The translations under genes were made by a program, and so were the position numbers. The notes under the pieces were generated by a model. The model was not told the DNA's origin, searched no databases, and saw nothing but the letters and a program-made list of their open reading frames with translations. A stretch of 37,895 bases of DNA from a virus (Duplodnaviria; Caudoviricetes): positions 1 to 37,895 of IMG/VR virus record IMGVR_UViG_3300048579_000033; one strand, written 5' to 3'. This document shows, one piece after another, positions 24,298-33,251 of this stretch. Within the stretch, counting starts at the first letter, position 1; each line of letters begins with the position of its first letter.

Positions 24298-26685
24298 TTA
24301 TAGGGAGAGAGACGTGACCTCACCGGTCCATCGGTAGGACAGGACCGAGTAAGGGTAAGGCCCCCGGTTGCCGAATTTCAGCCTGAAATCGTCGGCCTTC
24401 GTCATCACGGAGAGGGCCTTCTTGATCTTGCCGATCACGAGCGAGCCGACCTTGCCGGTCTTAGTCCCGACGAGGGCTGCCGACAGTCGGTAGAGGAAGT
24501 GCTTGCGGTAGTCGCGGGACAGGGTCACGTCGAGATAGGCACATGCGCCCGTCTCAAGAATGACCGTGGCGACCGACAGTTCGGTGCCGGGGATGGCGTT
24601 GCCGTAGGCGCCTTGGTTGTTCTGCGTCCGGTGATGGAGCTTGGACAGAATGCCGTAGCTTTCATAGACGAAGCCAGCGTAGGCCCACTGAGCGTGGTTG
24701 CCGGGAACGCTCAGGGCGTTTCCCGAGGGCGTCGCCGTGTCAGGCTGTAGCCCGAAGTCGGCGCCATCGCGGAACACCAGCGAGGCCCCCAGAGCGCCAT
24801 AGGGCAGCGTGAAGGTGGTCATGTCGCTGGCCGCATCGTAGACACCGAGGACTTCCGTCCTGCGGTCGAGGAAGATCGTCACCTCGCCGTTGTCAGTCCA
24901 CGCCTCGTGGCAGTTGATCGAGAGGATTTCGCGAGACGTGGCCCGGTTGGTGACCACCACAAGCTCCTCGCCGAAGAACTTCATGCCCACGATGGGGTCC
25001 GGAAGGGTCCACTTCTGCCATGCCGACTGTGCCTTCTCGGTGCCGATCCAGAGCCACTTGTAGCAATAGAGCGAGTTCGGCTCATTGGCGGACACCATTA
25101 GAAGTATCTTCAGATCCTCGTCGGCTTCGAGAAGTGTGAGACCAGACGGGATATATCCCGAAACGTGGTCGGTGATCGTCGGCGCCGCCTTGATCCCCAC
25201 GTCTTGATCATAGGTGAACTCGTGTATGAAGCAGCCGGAAGGCACGTCATTCACAAAGTAGAGCCGATCCCCCGCGACAACAGGCCGAACCTTGGCCGAG
25301 GTCTTATTCGACAGGACGGGCTCGATGCTCACCGAAGTCGGTGTGAAGGTGTCGCCGCCGGAAAGGCGGAAGGGAACCGAGGCGGTGAAGAGCATCATCT
25401 GCCCCGAGAACGGTACAGCATGTTTGATGTCGGAGACCTCTGGGTACGAGATCGCAACATCAATTGGGTCCGTGTCGAGCGTGGTCAGAATGCTCTCGCG
25501 GAAGAAGTTGAAGAAGTCCTCGTGGCGGGACAGAGCACAAGCCTCTCCCGAGAAGAAGCCGACGCGGTTCTTGAAGAAGATCATGCCGTCGATGGTATGG
25601 TCGACGAAGGACGGCCACGGGTTCGTCTCCAGATCGCCGACCTCGCGCTCGCCCCAAGCCGCGGCCTTGAACGTGAAGGTGCCGTCGCTCTCGCGGACGA
25701 GAATATGTGGCATGGTAAGCGGATCGAGCTTGTACGGGATCGCGGAGCCGACCGTCTCTTTCCAACGGCCTTGAGCGGCGCCCGCCGCCTTCTCGAACTT
25801 GACATAGTAGTCGTCGTAGGCGGTCTCCTCTGAGCCCGAGATTTCAAGGCAGAACCCCTCGGGCGCCTTTCGGGGCAGCTCAGAGAAAACGGTAGAAACA
25901 CCTTTGTGCGCGCGCGCCTTGGTCTCCGATCCAGCTGAGACCTCCAAGGAGAAGTCTCCGCCATTGGTGCGGCGGACGTGGATCACGTTGTCGTAGACCG
26001 TCAAGAACCAAGCGCTCCCCAAGGTGGAGGAGAGGTGGGAAGCCGGGGCGGCTGGTAAGGTGGCGACGCCGGCCGGGGGGTTACCAAAGGCCAACATGTT
26101 GGCAATGACGCCAGTCCGGGCACCACGTTCGGCCGCTCGGGCATCCGACTCGGTCGCGTAAGGGCCGCCATCGGTCGTGTACCGGGCCTTCACGGCGCCA
26201 TCGATCAGGACCGAGTAATCGTTGTGATAGTCGCCCTGAACAATGTGGATCAGGCCCTCCTTGCCGAACGCAGGGGTCAGGGCCGCCGAGGCTTGTACCT
26301 TCTTGCGCTTGTTCAGGATGAAAGTGTGGTCGGCAACGGTCAGCGCCTCAAGGTCGCCATCTCCAGCACCTGCGAGATACCCGTAGCCTTCGGGGGCATT
26401 CACGGTCTTCGGGTTGCCGGCAAGATCGGTCACCTCGACGCCGTTAGGGTTGATCGTGACCACATATTGCTCACCGTCATCGCGGTCTATGAGGTGGGTG
26501 GTGGAGTTCTCGGGGTTGGTGGAGCCGATGACGCCGCGTAGGCGGGCGGGGTTCCGGGGAACAAGACCGCGTGTGACCGTGGGAAACTGGTTCACGCTGT
26601 CTTCGAGCTGGGAGGTGAGCCGCACCTCGGTTGGCTGTCGGCTCACTCCATTGATCAGGTTGGGAGAACCACCTTCGGCCCTCAA
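24298..26685 (-). CDS. Tail tubular protein B (gp12-like)
   Basis: NLINGVSRQP, INRD-like LIDRD, TVADHTFILN, FFKNRVGF, QSAWQKW; TTG start with GGAGG SD. Confidence 0.95.
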   Translation of the reverse strand: MRAEGGSPNLINGVSRQPTEVRLTSQLEDSVNQFPTVTRGLVPRNPARLRGVIGSTNPENSTTHLIDRDDGEQYVVTINPNGVEVTDLAGNPKTVNAPEGYGYLAGAGDGDLEALTVADHTFILNKRKKVQASAALTPAFGKEGLIHIVQGDYHNDYSVLIDGAVKARYTTDGGPYATESDARAAERGARTGVIANMLAFGNPPAGVATLPAAPASHLSSTLGSAWFLTVYDNVIHVRRTNGGDFSLEVSAGSETKARAHKGVSTVFSELPRKAPEGFCLEISGSEETAYDDYYVKFEKAAGAAQGRWKETVGSAIPYKLDPLTMPHILVRESDGTFTFKAAAWGEREVGDLETNPWPSFVDHTIDGMIFFKNRVGFFSGEACALSRHEDFFNFFRESILTTLDTDPIDVAISYPEVSDIKHAVPFSGQMMLFTASVPFRLSGGDTFTPTSVSIEPVLSNKTSAKVRPVVAGDRLYFVNDVPSGCFIHEFTYDQDVGIKAAPTITDHVSGYIPSGLTLLEADEDLKILLMVSANEPNSLYCYKWLWIGTEKAQSAWQKWTLPDPIVGMKFFGEELVVVTNRATSREILSINCHEAWTDNGEVTIFLDRRTEVLGVYDAASDMTTFTLPYGALGASLVFRDGADFGLQPDTATPSGNALSVPGNHAQWAYAGFVYESYGILSKLHHRTQNNQGAYGNAIPGTELSVATVILETGACAYLDVTLSRDYRKHFLYRLSAALVGTKTGKVGSLVIGKIKKALSVMTKADDFRLKFGNRGPYPYSVLSYRWTGEVTSLSL

Positions 26686-27252
26686 TCAACTCCTCCTTGT
26701 CTTCTCGGAGATGCTTGTGTTGTTCAGGAGGTTGTAGTTGGCGTTCCGAATGGTGGCCTTGTCGAAGGCAACCTTTGCCCGGAGGAGGTTTCGGTTCCTC
26801 GCTTCGGTCACGGCATTGGCGCCGGGGAACCCATCCACGAACCTCTCGACCGCCATGGCGGTGATATATCGGCGGACAACGCTGGGCAGCTCGTCCCATG
26901 CAAGATGCAGGATGACGGAGCACTCAACGGCCGCGCTAAACGTGAAGGTTCTGTTCTCTCTGTCGTAGAGGCGGGGGCCTCGCTGGATGCAGTCTCCATT
27001 GGTGCTGTCGATGCTAAGCACGTTCTGGGGGATGACGATCTCTCCGGCCATGTTCGGCGTCAGGGAGTAAGCGTCTTCGCTGTTGAACCAGTGTCCCTCT
27101 TCCTGAAGGTCCCGAGAGACCGACCGAAGGACCGAAAGGGCGGTGCTGCCGGACGGCGGCAGGTTGTCGAGGCCCTCAACCGGGTCCTCGCCGATGGCGG
27201 CCAGAAGCTCGCTGACCGCCTGAACCTCGCTAGAGGCGCCTAGTGTTTCCAT
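26686..27252 (-). CDS. Tail tubular protein A (gp11-like)
   Basis: AVSELLAAIGEDPV, GHWFN, LYDR, WDELP motifs. Confidence 0.95.
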   Translation of the reverse strand: METLGASSEVQAVSELLAAIGEDPVEGLDNLPPSGSTALSVLRSVSRDLQEEGHWFNSEDAYSLTPNMAGEIVIPQNVLSIDSTNGDCIQRGPRLYDRENRTFTFSAAVECSVILHLAWDELPSVVRRYITAMAVERFVDGFPGANAVTEARNRNLLRAKVAFDKATIRNANYNLLNNTSISEKTRRS

Positions 27253-27265
27253 CTGAGTTCAAACC

Positions 27266-27300
27266 AAAAAAGCAGCCGAGGCCCCCGAAGGGACCCCGGC
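27266..27300 (-). terminator. T-phi-like terminator after the capsid gene
   Basis: GCCGGGGTCCC-TTCG-GGGGCCTCGGC-TGC-TTTTTT. Confidence 0.88.
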
Positions 27301-27308
27301 CAACTTGA

Positions 27309-28253
27309 TTAGGCCGCGATGGCGGCGACTTCGATGGCAGCCTCAGGACGCAGCGGACCATGACCCACGGCGTTGCGGGCAACGAGGTTCGTCGCCTGGA
27401 ACAGGGTCAGGTACTCCGACTGCATCGAGAGGTTCATCAGGCGGACCGTGCCGACAGCGGAGCGGTGCATGATGTGGAAGCCGGTCTTCGAGAAGTCGCC
27501 ACGATACTTCGCGGGGATCGCGGTCTCCGCGTTCTCGTTCGACTGCGGCACGTGGTTAGACTTGACGACGGTGATGCCGGCGACGGTCTCGATCTTGCCG
27601 TCCGCGAGCGAACCGCGACCGCCCCAATCCTTGTTGATCAGGTCGGTGGTGGCAGCGGCAGCGTAGTAAGTCACGGGACGGACGAACGCGAAGCGGTCAC
27701 CTTCCGGGATGTTGTTTTCGTCGAGCTTCTGAGCCGAGGCGAACAGCGCCGCCTTGATCAGGGCACCGTCGGACTTGACGTTGACGCCGCCGTTGATGAC
27801 CGTGCCGCCCGCTTCGCCAGTGATCGTGGCCGCCGCGCGAGCTGCGAGGATCGCATTGCGGGCAACGTTCTTGTCATAGGCCGAAGCCAGAGCCTCGCCG
27901 AGCTGGCGGGTGTACTCCGAGCGGACATCGTAGTGGTTCTTGGCCTCGTCGATGTCTGCGATGAAGACGTTCGCCAGAAGCACATCGTCGATCACGATGA
28001 CGCGCTCGTTGTGGGCGATCGGCGTACCGGTGAGCTGGGTGCCCGGCGTGTGGTACGACGCGGTGATCTTGCCGGTCGCCGGGAACTGGGCCGACTTGCC
28101 GGACTGGATTTCGCGCACGACGTGCTTGTCCTGATAGACGCAAGCAGCGTTGAAGGCGGTGAGCACTTCGCCAGACCAGACCTTGAGGTGGAGAGCATCC
28201 ACATCGCCGGCAAGGTTGATCTGACCGGTACGCGAAATAACGATATCTGCCAT
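27309..28253 (-). CDS. Major capsid protein (gp10-like)
   Basis: ALHLKVWSGEVLTAF, GKSAQFP, HYDVRSEY, GHGPLRPEAA. Confidence 0.97.
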   Translation of the reverse strand: MADIVISRTGQINLAGDVDALHLKVWSGEVLTAFNAACVYQDKHVVREIQSGKSAQFPATGKITASYHTPGTQLTGTPIAHNERVIVIDDVLLANVFIADIDEAKNHYDVRSEYTRQLGEALASAYDKNVARNAILAARAAATITGEAGGTVINGGVNVKSDGALIKAALFASAQKLDENNIPEGDRFAFVRPVTYYAAAATTDLINKDWGGRGSLADGKIETVAGITVVKSNHVPQSNENAETAIPAKYRGDFSKTGFHIMHRSAVGTVRLMNLSMQSEYLTLFQATNLVARNAVGHGPLRPEAAIEVAAIAA

Positions 28254-28317
28254 GTGTGTATTTTCCTGTGATTGTTTTGGATGGAGATGGTCCGTCCAAG
28301 AACGACACGCAGGAGTT

Positions 28318-28373
28318 CAAGATTGTCCGCCGCGAGTTCCCCTCGGGGTCTTCGCTTCGGGTCAAGCCTCTTG
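28318..28373 (-). ncRNA. Putative structured 5' leader element upstream of the capsid gene
   Basis: Nested pairing CAAGA/TCTTG, TTG/CAA, CCG/CGG, GCGA/TCGC, CCC-CGAG-GGG. Confidence 0.5.
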
Positions 28374-28545
28374 TTTGTGTTGCTTGATTGGAACCTGAAG
28401 TCACCGTCGAGTGGACAGTGCGACTATGATTCCCATTCACAGGTCATGGCGGGGTGCCCCACCTACAGCGCGTCCGCTGAGGCATCCCGTAGGCTCGGGA
28501 GTTTCTTGGCTTGCCGGGGCAGAGGCCGAGGGGCGTATCAGGAGG

Positions 28546-28821
28546 TCAGAGGAGGCTTTCGTAGAAGGCGATGAGGCGGAGGCCACATCCCGTCTTGTCA
28601 GCCTCGGACTTCTTGAGGGCGGCGATCAGCGACAGAACGCGCGCCTTCGTCATGGGGCCGGCAACGGGCGCCGGAACAGCGCTGTCAAAGCAAACCGCTA
28701 GGTCAGCGGGCAGCGGGGGGAGTTGCGGCGGGAGCGGAACCGTCGTTCCAGAGGTCCCGCAGCCGGTCAACATCAGGGCCGCTAAGGCACTCCCTATCGC
28801 GGTCCTGAAGAGTTTCGACAT
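28546..28821 (-). CDS. o-spanin (Rz1-like lipoprotein)
   Basis: MSKLFRTAIGSALAALMLTGC lipobox, Pro-rich mature part, overlaps the i-spanin 3' end. Confidence 0.85.
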   Translation of the reverse strand: MSKLFRTAIGSALAALMLTGCGTSGTTVPLPPQLPPLPADLAVCFDSAVPAPVAGPMTKARVLSLIAALKKSEADKTGCGLRLIAFYESLL

Positions 28822-29086
28822 AGTCATTGAGCGAGGTGATCCTGCCGTTGAGCTGGGTGATCTTCTCTGCGTCCACCTTGGCGCGCTCGTTGTGTTGCTG
28901 GAGCACACCGGCAACCTTGATGGCCTGTTCCCGGTAGTGGTTCGCGAGTGCGGTCTTGGTCTGAAGGCTGTGCTCCAGGTCAGCTCGGGCCTTACCCGCC
29001 CGGTAGATCGCGGCTCCCGCCAACACCAGTGCCAGCAGGAGGAGCCCGGTCAGGATCGCCTTCCAGTTCTTGAGGGCCCATACCAA
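28703..29086 (-). CDS. i-spanin (Rz-like)
   Basis: N-terminal TM then coiled coil, C-terminal CLS.PDVDRL; likely TTG start at 29086 after GGAGG. Confidence 0.82.
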   Translation of the reverse strand: MVWALKNWKAILTGLLLLALVLAGAAIYRAGKARADLEHSLQTKTALANHYREQAIKVAGVLQQHNERAKVDAEKITQLNGRITSLNDYVETLQDRDRECLSGPDVDRLRDLWNDGSAPAATPPAAR

Positions 29087-29309
29087 AGGCAGCCTCCGAT
29101 TGGTTGGAGAAGAAGTGGAGGAAGCGGCGATAGTCGAGGTGTCCGACGCCGACATAGGCCCCGTAGAGGGACCCGATCAGTGCCAGCGACGAGGCCACGG
29201 CGGCGCTTCCTTGGTTCGTGTACAGGCTGTAGAAGGCGAGCCCCCAAGCAAGCCCCGTGTTGATCAACAGGACGAGCTTGGAGGTGCGCCGCTTAGAAGT
29301 CTTCCGCAT
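28992..29309 (-). CDS. Holin-like protein
   Basis: Basic N-terminus, two TM segments, start overlaps the endolysin stop. Confidence 0.75.
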   Translation of the reverse strand: MRKTSKRRTSKLVLLINTGLAWGLAFYSLYTNQGSAAVASSLALIGSLYGAYVGVGHLDYRRFLHFFSNQSEAAFGMGPQELEGDPDRAPPAGTGVGGSRDLPGG

Positions 29310-29728
29310 CAGATCAGTTTGCCAAGCGGGTCGGCGCGAACGTCGAACGACGGACAAGCCTTGCGGGCATATTGGTTGTGACCGGTGATCTTCTTAATGG
29401 AGGGGTAATCGGTGCCGAGTTGCTTGCACGTGTTCAGAAGTGCTTCCTTCTGAGCCGGAGTTCTCGTGTCCTTCGCCTTCTTGCCGTCCGCAGTCAGGCC
29501 GCCGATATAGCAGACGCCGACGGTGCCAACGTTCCGGCCTTCGACGTGTGCGCCCACCTTCTCGATGGGGCGTCCCTTCTCAACCGTTCCGTCAAGCAGA
29601 ACAACGAAGTGGTAGCCGATGCCCGACCAGCCCCGCTCGCGGTGCCAGCGGTCGATGTCAGCGGCGGTGAAATGTTTCCCTTCAGGGGTTGCCGAACAGT
29701 GGATGATGATCTCGTTGAGGGGTCTCAT
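29309..29728 (-). CDS. N-acetylmuramoyl-L-alanine amidase endolysin (T7 gp3.5-like)
   Basis: IIIHCSAT, IGYHFV, GAHV, GHN, KACPSF Zn ligands. Confidence 0.95.
   Translation of the reverse strand: MRPLNEIIIHCSATPEGKHFTAADIDRWHRERGWSGIGYHFVVLLDGTVEKGRPIEKVGAHVEGRNVGTVGVCYIGGLTADGKKAKDTRTPAQKEALLNTCKQLGTDYPSIKKITGHNQYARKACPSFDVRADPLGKLI
29391..29410 (-). promoter_or_regulatory. Phage RNA polymerase promoter embedded in the endolysin gene
   Basis: GATTACCCCTCCATTAAGAA. Confidence 0.72.
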
Positions 29729-29765
29729 GCGTGGGCCCCCGGCAAAAACCGGGGACCCTCCTTCG

Positions 29766-30563
29766 TCAGATGTAGGAGCGACTGAGCTTGGCGATCACGG
29801 CTTCCCGATAGGCGGCGTCAGTGCGATATCGGGGGTCGGCCTGTGCGGCGAGGAGCTGATCAAGGCTCTCGAAGCGGTCCCCAGCAGTGGACTTGAGATT
29901 GCCGGCGGGCTTCACGAGCTTGGGGCGCGAGGGATTGGCCTTGTCGAAGTCAACCTTCAGTGCCTTGAGGGCCATCTCGATCTGGCCCCTGTCCTTGGAG
30001 TTGACCGCAGCGTTGAAGGAGGCGGCTTTCTCCTGCGAGTAGGTCTTGCCGGCCCACTCAACCATCTTGTCCACCACTTCGGCGCCGCCCACAGCCGACA
30101 GCACCTCTTCGCGGACGCGCTCTGCCTGGGCGACACGGTAGCCGATGAACTCCTCGGCCATCTCCTTTGTGACGCCGACCTTTGCCAGCTTCTCCAGCTC
30201 GGCTTCCGGAAGCGTCTGGTGCTCCAGCCAATGAGCCTCGATCGCCTCGACGTCGAGGCCGGCCTCGGTGACGATCTTGTCGGCTTCCTCGTCGCCGGTT
30301 TTGCTCTCTTCCGGGGACGCTTCGGTGGCCGTCTCGGGCTCTTCCGTAGCGGCTTCGGTGGTCTCTTCGGTGCCGGGCTTCGGCGTACCGAGCTTGCTCT
30401 CAAGGGCGCTATAGGAGGCCAGAAGAGCTTCTGTGTTCACCGCACCCCTTTCAGGGTCCCAGAACTTCTCCGGCACATTGGCCGGGCGTTCTGCGGTGCT
30501 GGTGCTCGGGGCTTCAGCGGCGGCCGGCTCCGAGGTGATGGTGTACTCGACAGCGGCACCCAT
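29766..30563 (-). CDS. Capsid scaffolding protein (gp9-like)
   Basis: Acidic; ERPANVPEKFW, VGGAE....MVEWA, DPRYRTDAAYR...AKL. Confidence 0.93.
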   Translation of the reverse strand: MGAAVEYTITSEPAAAEAPSTSTAERPANVPEKFWDPERGAVNTEALLASYSALESKLGTPKPGTEETTEAATEEPETATEASPEESKTGDEEADKIVTEAGLDVEAIEAHWLEHQTLPEAELEKLAKVGVTKEMAEEFIGYRVAQAERVREEVLSAVGGAEVVDKMVEWAGKTYSQEKAASFNAAVNSKDRGQIEMALKALKVDFDKANPSRPKLVKPAGNLKSTAGDRFESLDQLLAAQADPRYRTDAAYREAVIAKLSRSYI

Positions 30564-30739
30564 CAGGCAACTCGCGTCTTGATCGTGAGACCGGTGGCGG
30601 TCGTCTCGACGATGAACTTCTGGCCGCCCTCTTCAACCAACTTCTTGCCGGGCTGCGAGGTTTCAGCGGCGATGAACGCGGAAAGGGCCGCATCGTCTTC
30701 AGACTTGGTTCGAGTACCGACGTTGACTTTCGATGCCAT
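30563..30739 (-). CDS. 58-aa hypothetical protein between portal and scaffold
   Basis: MASKVNVGTRTKSEDDAALSAF...TIKTRVA; TAATG and TGATG overlaps on both sides; GGAG SD. Confidence 0.75.
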   Translation of the reverse strand: MASKVNVGTRTKSEDDAALSAFIAAETSQPGKKLVEEGGQKFIVETTATGLTIKTRVA

Positions 30740-32280
30740 TACTGAGGCTGCTCCATTTGTTTCTGTGCCATGCCGCCAAGCTGGTTGACGGCGTTGGGAC
30801 CAAGACGATCCATCATCTGCATCATCATGGCCTGTTGCTGCTGTTGTGCGATCTCCTCTGGGGTCATGAGGAGACCTTCGGTTTCAATGTTCAGGCCGTT
30901 CGCCAGCCGAATAGCGATCTGGTCCCACTTGAGGGACTGAGCCGCCGGGCTCTCGCCGATGAGGCTGAGGAACTGCATGAGGTTGGAGAGGTCGTTGCCC
31001 CGGCCGAGCGCGTCCATGCCGGTGACAATCTTCGGAGTGGCGACCTCGTTGGGCAGCTCCGGCAGTGAGCCGGTGCGCTCAAGGTTCTTGATCTGGATAC
31101 GCGCAAGGGGGAGCTGTAGGTCCACCGACTGCACCGAGTAGGTGCCGCCGAGTGTGTCTTCCAATTCGCGAGCCATGAACCGGATTTCTTCAGCCGTGAC
31201 CCGTTCGCCGGGGCGCTGGATGGCCGTGTTCATGAGGAAGGCGAAGGCGAGCCGGTTGGACAGCTCGTCGATCATTTCCTTGGCTACGCGGAAGTCGTTG
31301 TACCGCTCGATCTGGAGGAAGTGGACATCGCCCTCGTTGCCGATGATCGGCTCCCCGTTCTCCGCTTCCGTGAGGTCTTTCGCCGTCAGGAAGCCGTTCG
31401 GGTTGAGGATCGGGATGACGCGGGATGAGATCGCAACGAACTCGCGGATCGACTTAGAGAGGCTTTCGAGGTGGGCCAGGTCGCCGAGGTATTCCTCGAT
31501 CAGGCCGCGCCCGTAGCTCTCGCCGTCCACCTTGTTGTACCGGAGAACAAGGAACGGAAGCTCCTCGGCCGGGTACTCGCCCTCGGTTCCGGGGATGATC
31601 TCCCCACCGACCTCCTGATAGACAGTATAGGTGCCCTCTTCGTTGAGCAGGACGTGGGTGTAGAGGTCTACCGTCTCGCTGGCGGCCGTCTGTCCGCCCG
31701 AGGTGTCAGTGGGCGACGCGGGGACGGAGTTGCGGATGTCCTCCGGTAGCGCCGCGCGGGCCACGGCCTCCTTAGACACCCACTCGATCAGGTTCCCGGT
31801 CGGGTCCCGAACGCAGACGTACCGGTCCAGTCGATAGACCCGGCAACGGCCGGTCTCGGGGACATACAGGGTTGCGTTGCCGGTGGCTACGAGGAGCCTG
31901 AACACCTCATAGAGGTCGGCACGGAGCGCCCGCCCTTCGAAGTCCGACATGACGCGGCGGACGAACTGGCCGAGCGCCTTGTCAACTTCGTCCTTGAGCC
32001 CTTCCTGCTGGGTCATCTCCAGCGCTGTCAGGGCGTCTACCTCCATTTTGAGGTAGGGCGCGTTCGGGGGGAACAGCGCCATCAGGAGCTTGGCGGAGAC
32101 GTTGTTCACGCCTCGGGCACCGAGCCCTTGTTCAGGGGTTGAAAATCTGGTGGACCCGTTCGCGCCGTCATCGGGAAGGAGCGAGGGGATGGTGAGTTTG
32201 GCGCACTGACGGCCACGGTCCAGATAGGGGCGGCGGTCGGCCTCAAGGGCCGTATACCGCGTCTCTGCTGATCCGGCCAT
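30739..32280 (-). CDS. Portal / head-tail connector (gp8-like)
   Basis: LTIPSL, GARGVNN, YGRGLIEEYLGD, ERVTAEEIR, LGGTYS, GMDALGRG. Confidence 0.97.
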   Translation of the reverse strand: MAGSAETRYTALEADRRPYLDRGRQCAKLTIPSLLPDDGANGSTRFSTPEQGLGARGVNNVSAKLLMALFPPNAPYLKMEVDALTALEMTQQEGLKDEVDKALGQFVRRVMSDFEGRALRADLYEVFRLLVATGNATLYVPETGRCRVYRLDRYVCVRDPTGNLIEWVSKEAVARAALPEDIRNSVPASPTDTSGGQTAASETVDLYTHVLLNEEGTYTVYQEVGGEIIPGTEGEYPAEELPFLVLRYNKVDGESYGRGLIEEYLGDLAHLESLSKSIREFVAISSRVIPILNPNGFLTAKDLTEAENGEPIIGNEGDVHFLQIERYNDFRVAKEMIDELSNRLAFAFLMNTAIQRPGERVTAEEIRFMARELEDTLGGTYSVQSVDLQLPLARIQIKNLERTGSLPELPNEVATPKIVTGMDALGRGNDLSNLMQFLSLIGESPAAQSLKWDQIAIRLANGLNIETEGLLMTPEEIAQQQQQAMMMQMMDRLGPNAVNQLGGMAQKQMEQPQ

Positions 32281-32285
32281 TCAGG

Positions 32286-32483
32286 TCAGACGTTGACCCC
32301 GGTGTTGGCCGAGGCGGCGGTCTGAGTGGCGAGGTCAATGCGTAGCGGGTTGCGCTTCTTGTTGGTCTTGGTCTGGCCGTCCTTCTTGATCTCGACGGGA
32401 TCGGGCGCCTTCTCGGGGAGAGGCGTGGACTGCGGGATGATGTTCTTGACGGGCTGCGTTTTGGGCGAGCCGAACACGCACAT
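32286..32483 (-). CDS. Small virion protein upstream of portal (gp6.7/7.3-like)
   Basis: MC start, Pro-rich, LRIDL...GVNV C-terminus. Confidence 0.75.
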   Translation of the reverse strand: MCVFGSPKTQPVKNIIPQSTPLPEKAPDPVEIKKDGQTKTNKKRNPLRIDLATQTAASANTGVNV

Positions 32484-32668
32484 TAGTTGGCGGATTCCTG
32501 TTTCTGGAGGAGGTTGAGGAGATGGCGGACCAGCCGCCGCTCCCCCGCCTTCATCCAGATTTCACGCTCGCTGTCAGACGGAGAAGGACAGCGTTCGGGG
32601 AACCGCTCATCCAAGTAGCGGATGGTCAAGGGATCGAGAGGCGGGGGAGGGTGAAGCCGATTTTTCAA
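32483..32668 (-). CDS. Small hypothetical protein (gp6.5 position)
   Basis: YLDERFP...IWMKAGERRLVRHL; TTG start just after a phage promoter. Confidence 0.75.
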   Translation of the reverse strand: MKNRLHPPPPLDPLTIRYLDERFPERCPSPSDSEREIWMKAGERRLVRHLLNLLQKQESAN

Positions 32669-32675
32669 GCCGTTT

Positions 32676-32695
32676 TCCTTAATGGAGGGGGAATT
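32676..32695 (-). promoter_or_regulatory. Phage RNA polymerase promoter heading the structural region
   Basis: AATTCCCCCTCCATTAAGGA. Confidence 0.8.
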
Positions 32696-33251
32696 AGGTG
32701 GCTGCCTCGAAGGCCGCAGTCACCTTGGCCTCAAGGTCCGCGATGTCGCCGTCATTAGTGATCACCTCGTCGAACTCGTGGTTCTCCAGAAGCCCCTCGC
32801 TCGGGTGGTCGGAGGTGGGCACGACGCCGGGCCGGACGATCCGCCAAATCTGGCCGCCGCCTTCGCGGATGGCCTCGAACTCATTCGGGAACCGAACGTC
32901 GTCGACAACCAGCAAGTTGGGTCGGTTGCCGGCCTTGACGACAATGTCCCGCCAGAGGTCTTTCGCCACCAGCGTCCGGCCCCAATCGGTGCCCAACGTC
33001 TGCGTTAGGTAGCGGAAGCTCTTGCCCCCAAGCTCCGGGATCGGGTCCTCCTTGCCGAGGTCCATATAGAAGCCGACCTGCTCGGGGGTCAGGCCCGCCG
33101 AAGTCATGAGGTCAATGACCATGCGCTTGAGGGCGAGGGCAAATCCCCGCGTCTCGAAGCCGTAGTTCCTGCCGAGGATGCCGGCGACAGTGCTCTTGCC
33201 CGACTGCTGGGCGGGAGAATAGAGGCCGATCATCATCTGCTCGGTTGCCAA
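32694..33251 (-). CDS. Deoxynucleoside monophosphate kinase
   Basis: SGKSTVA P-loop, FALALK, QTLGTDWGR, VDDVRFPNE, HPSE, ITNDG; likely TTG start at 33251. Confidence 0.92.
   Translation of the reverse strand: MATEQMMIGLYSPAQQSGKSTVAGILGRNYGFETRGFALALKRMVIDLMTSAGLTPEQVGFYMDLGKEDPIPELGGKSFRYLTQTLGTDWGRTLVAKDLWRDIVVKAGNRPNLLVVDDVRFPNEFEAIREGGGQIWRIVRPGVVPTSDHPSEGLLENHEFDEVITNDGDIADLEAKVTAAFEAAT

Noticed and set aside
24291-24311. CTCTCTCCCTATAAGAA (minus strand) as a fourth phage promoter
   Set aside because: Too many mismatches to the three-copy consensus; cannot be supported without TSS data.
27300-27340. T7 10B-type capsid frameshift extension
   Set aside because: No slippery site seen, and the terminator and tail A gene follow immediately, leaving no room.
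28429-28445. ATTCCCATTCACAGG as a seventh operator
   Set aside because: Needs an inserted base and lacks the GAAC end.
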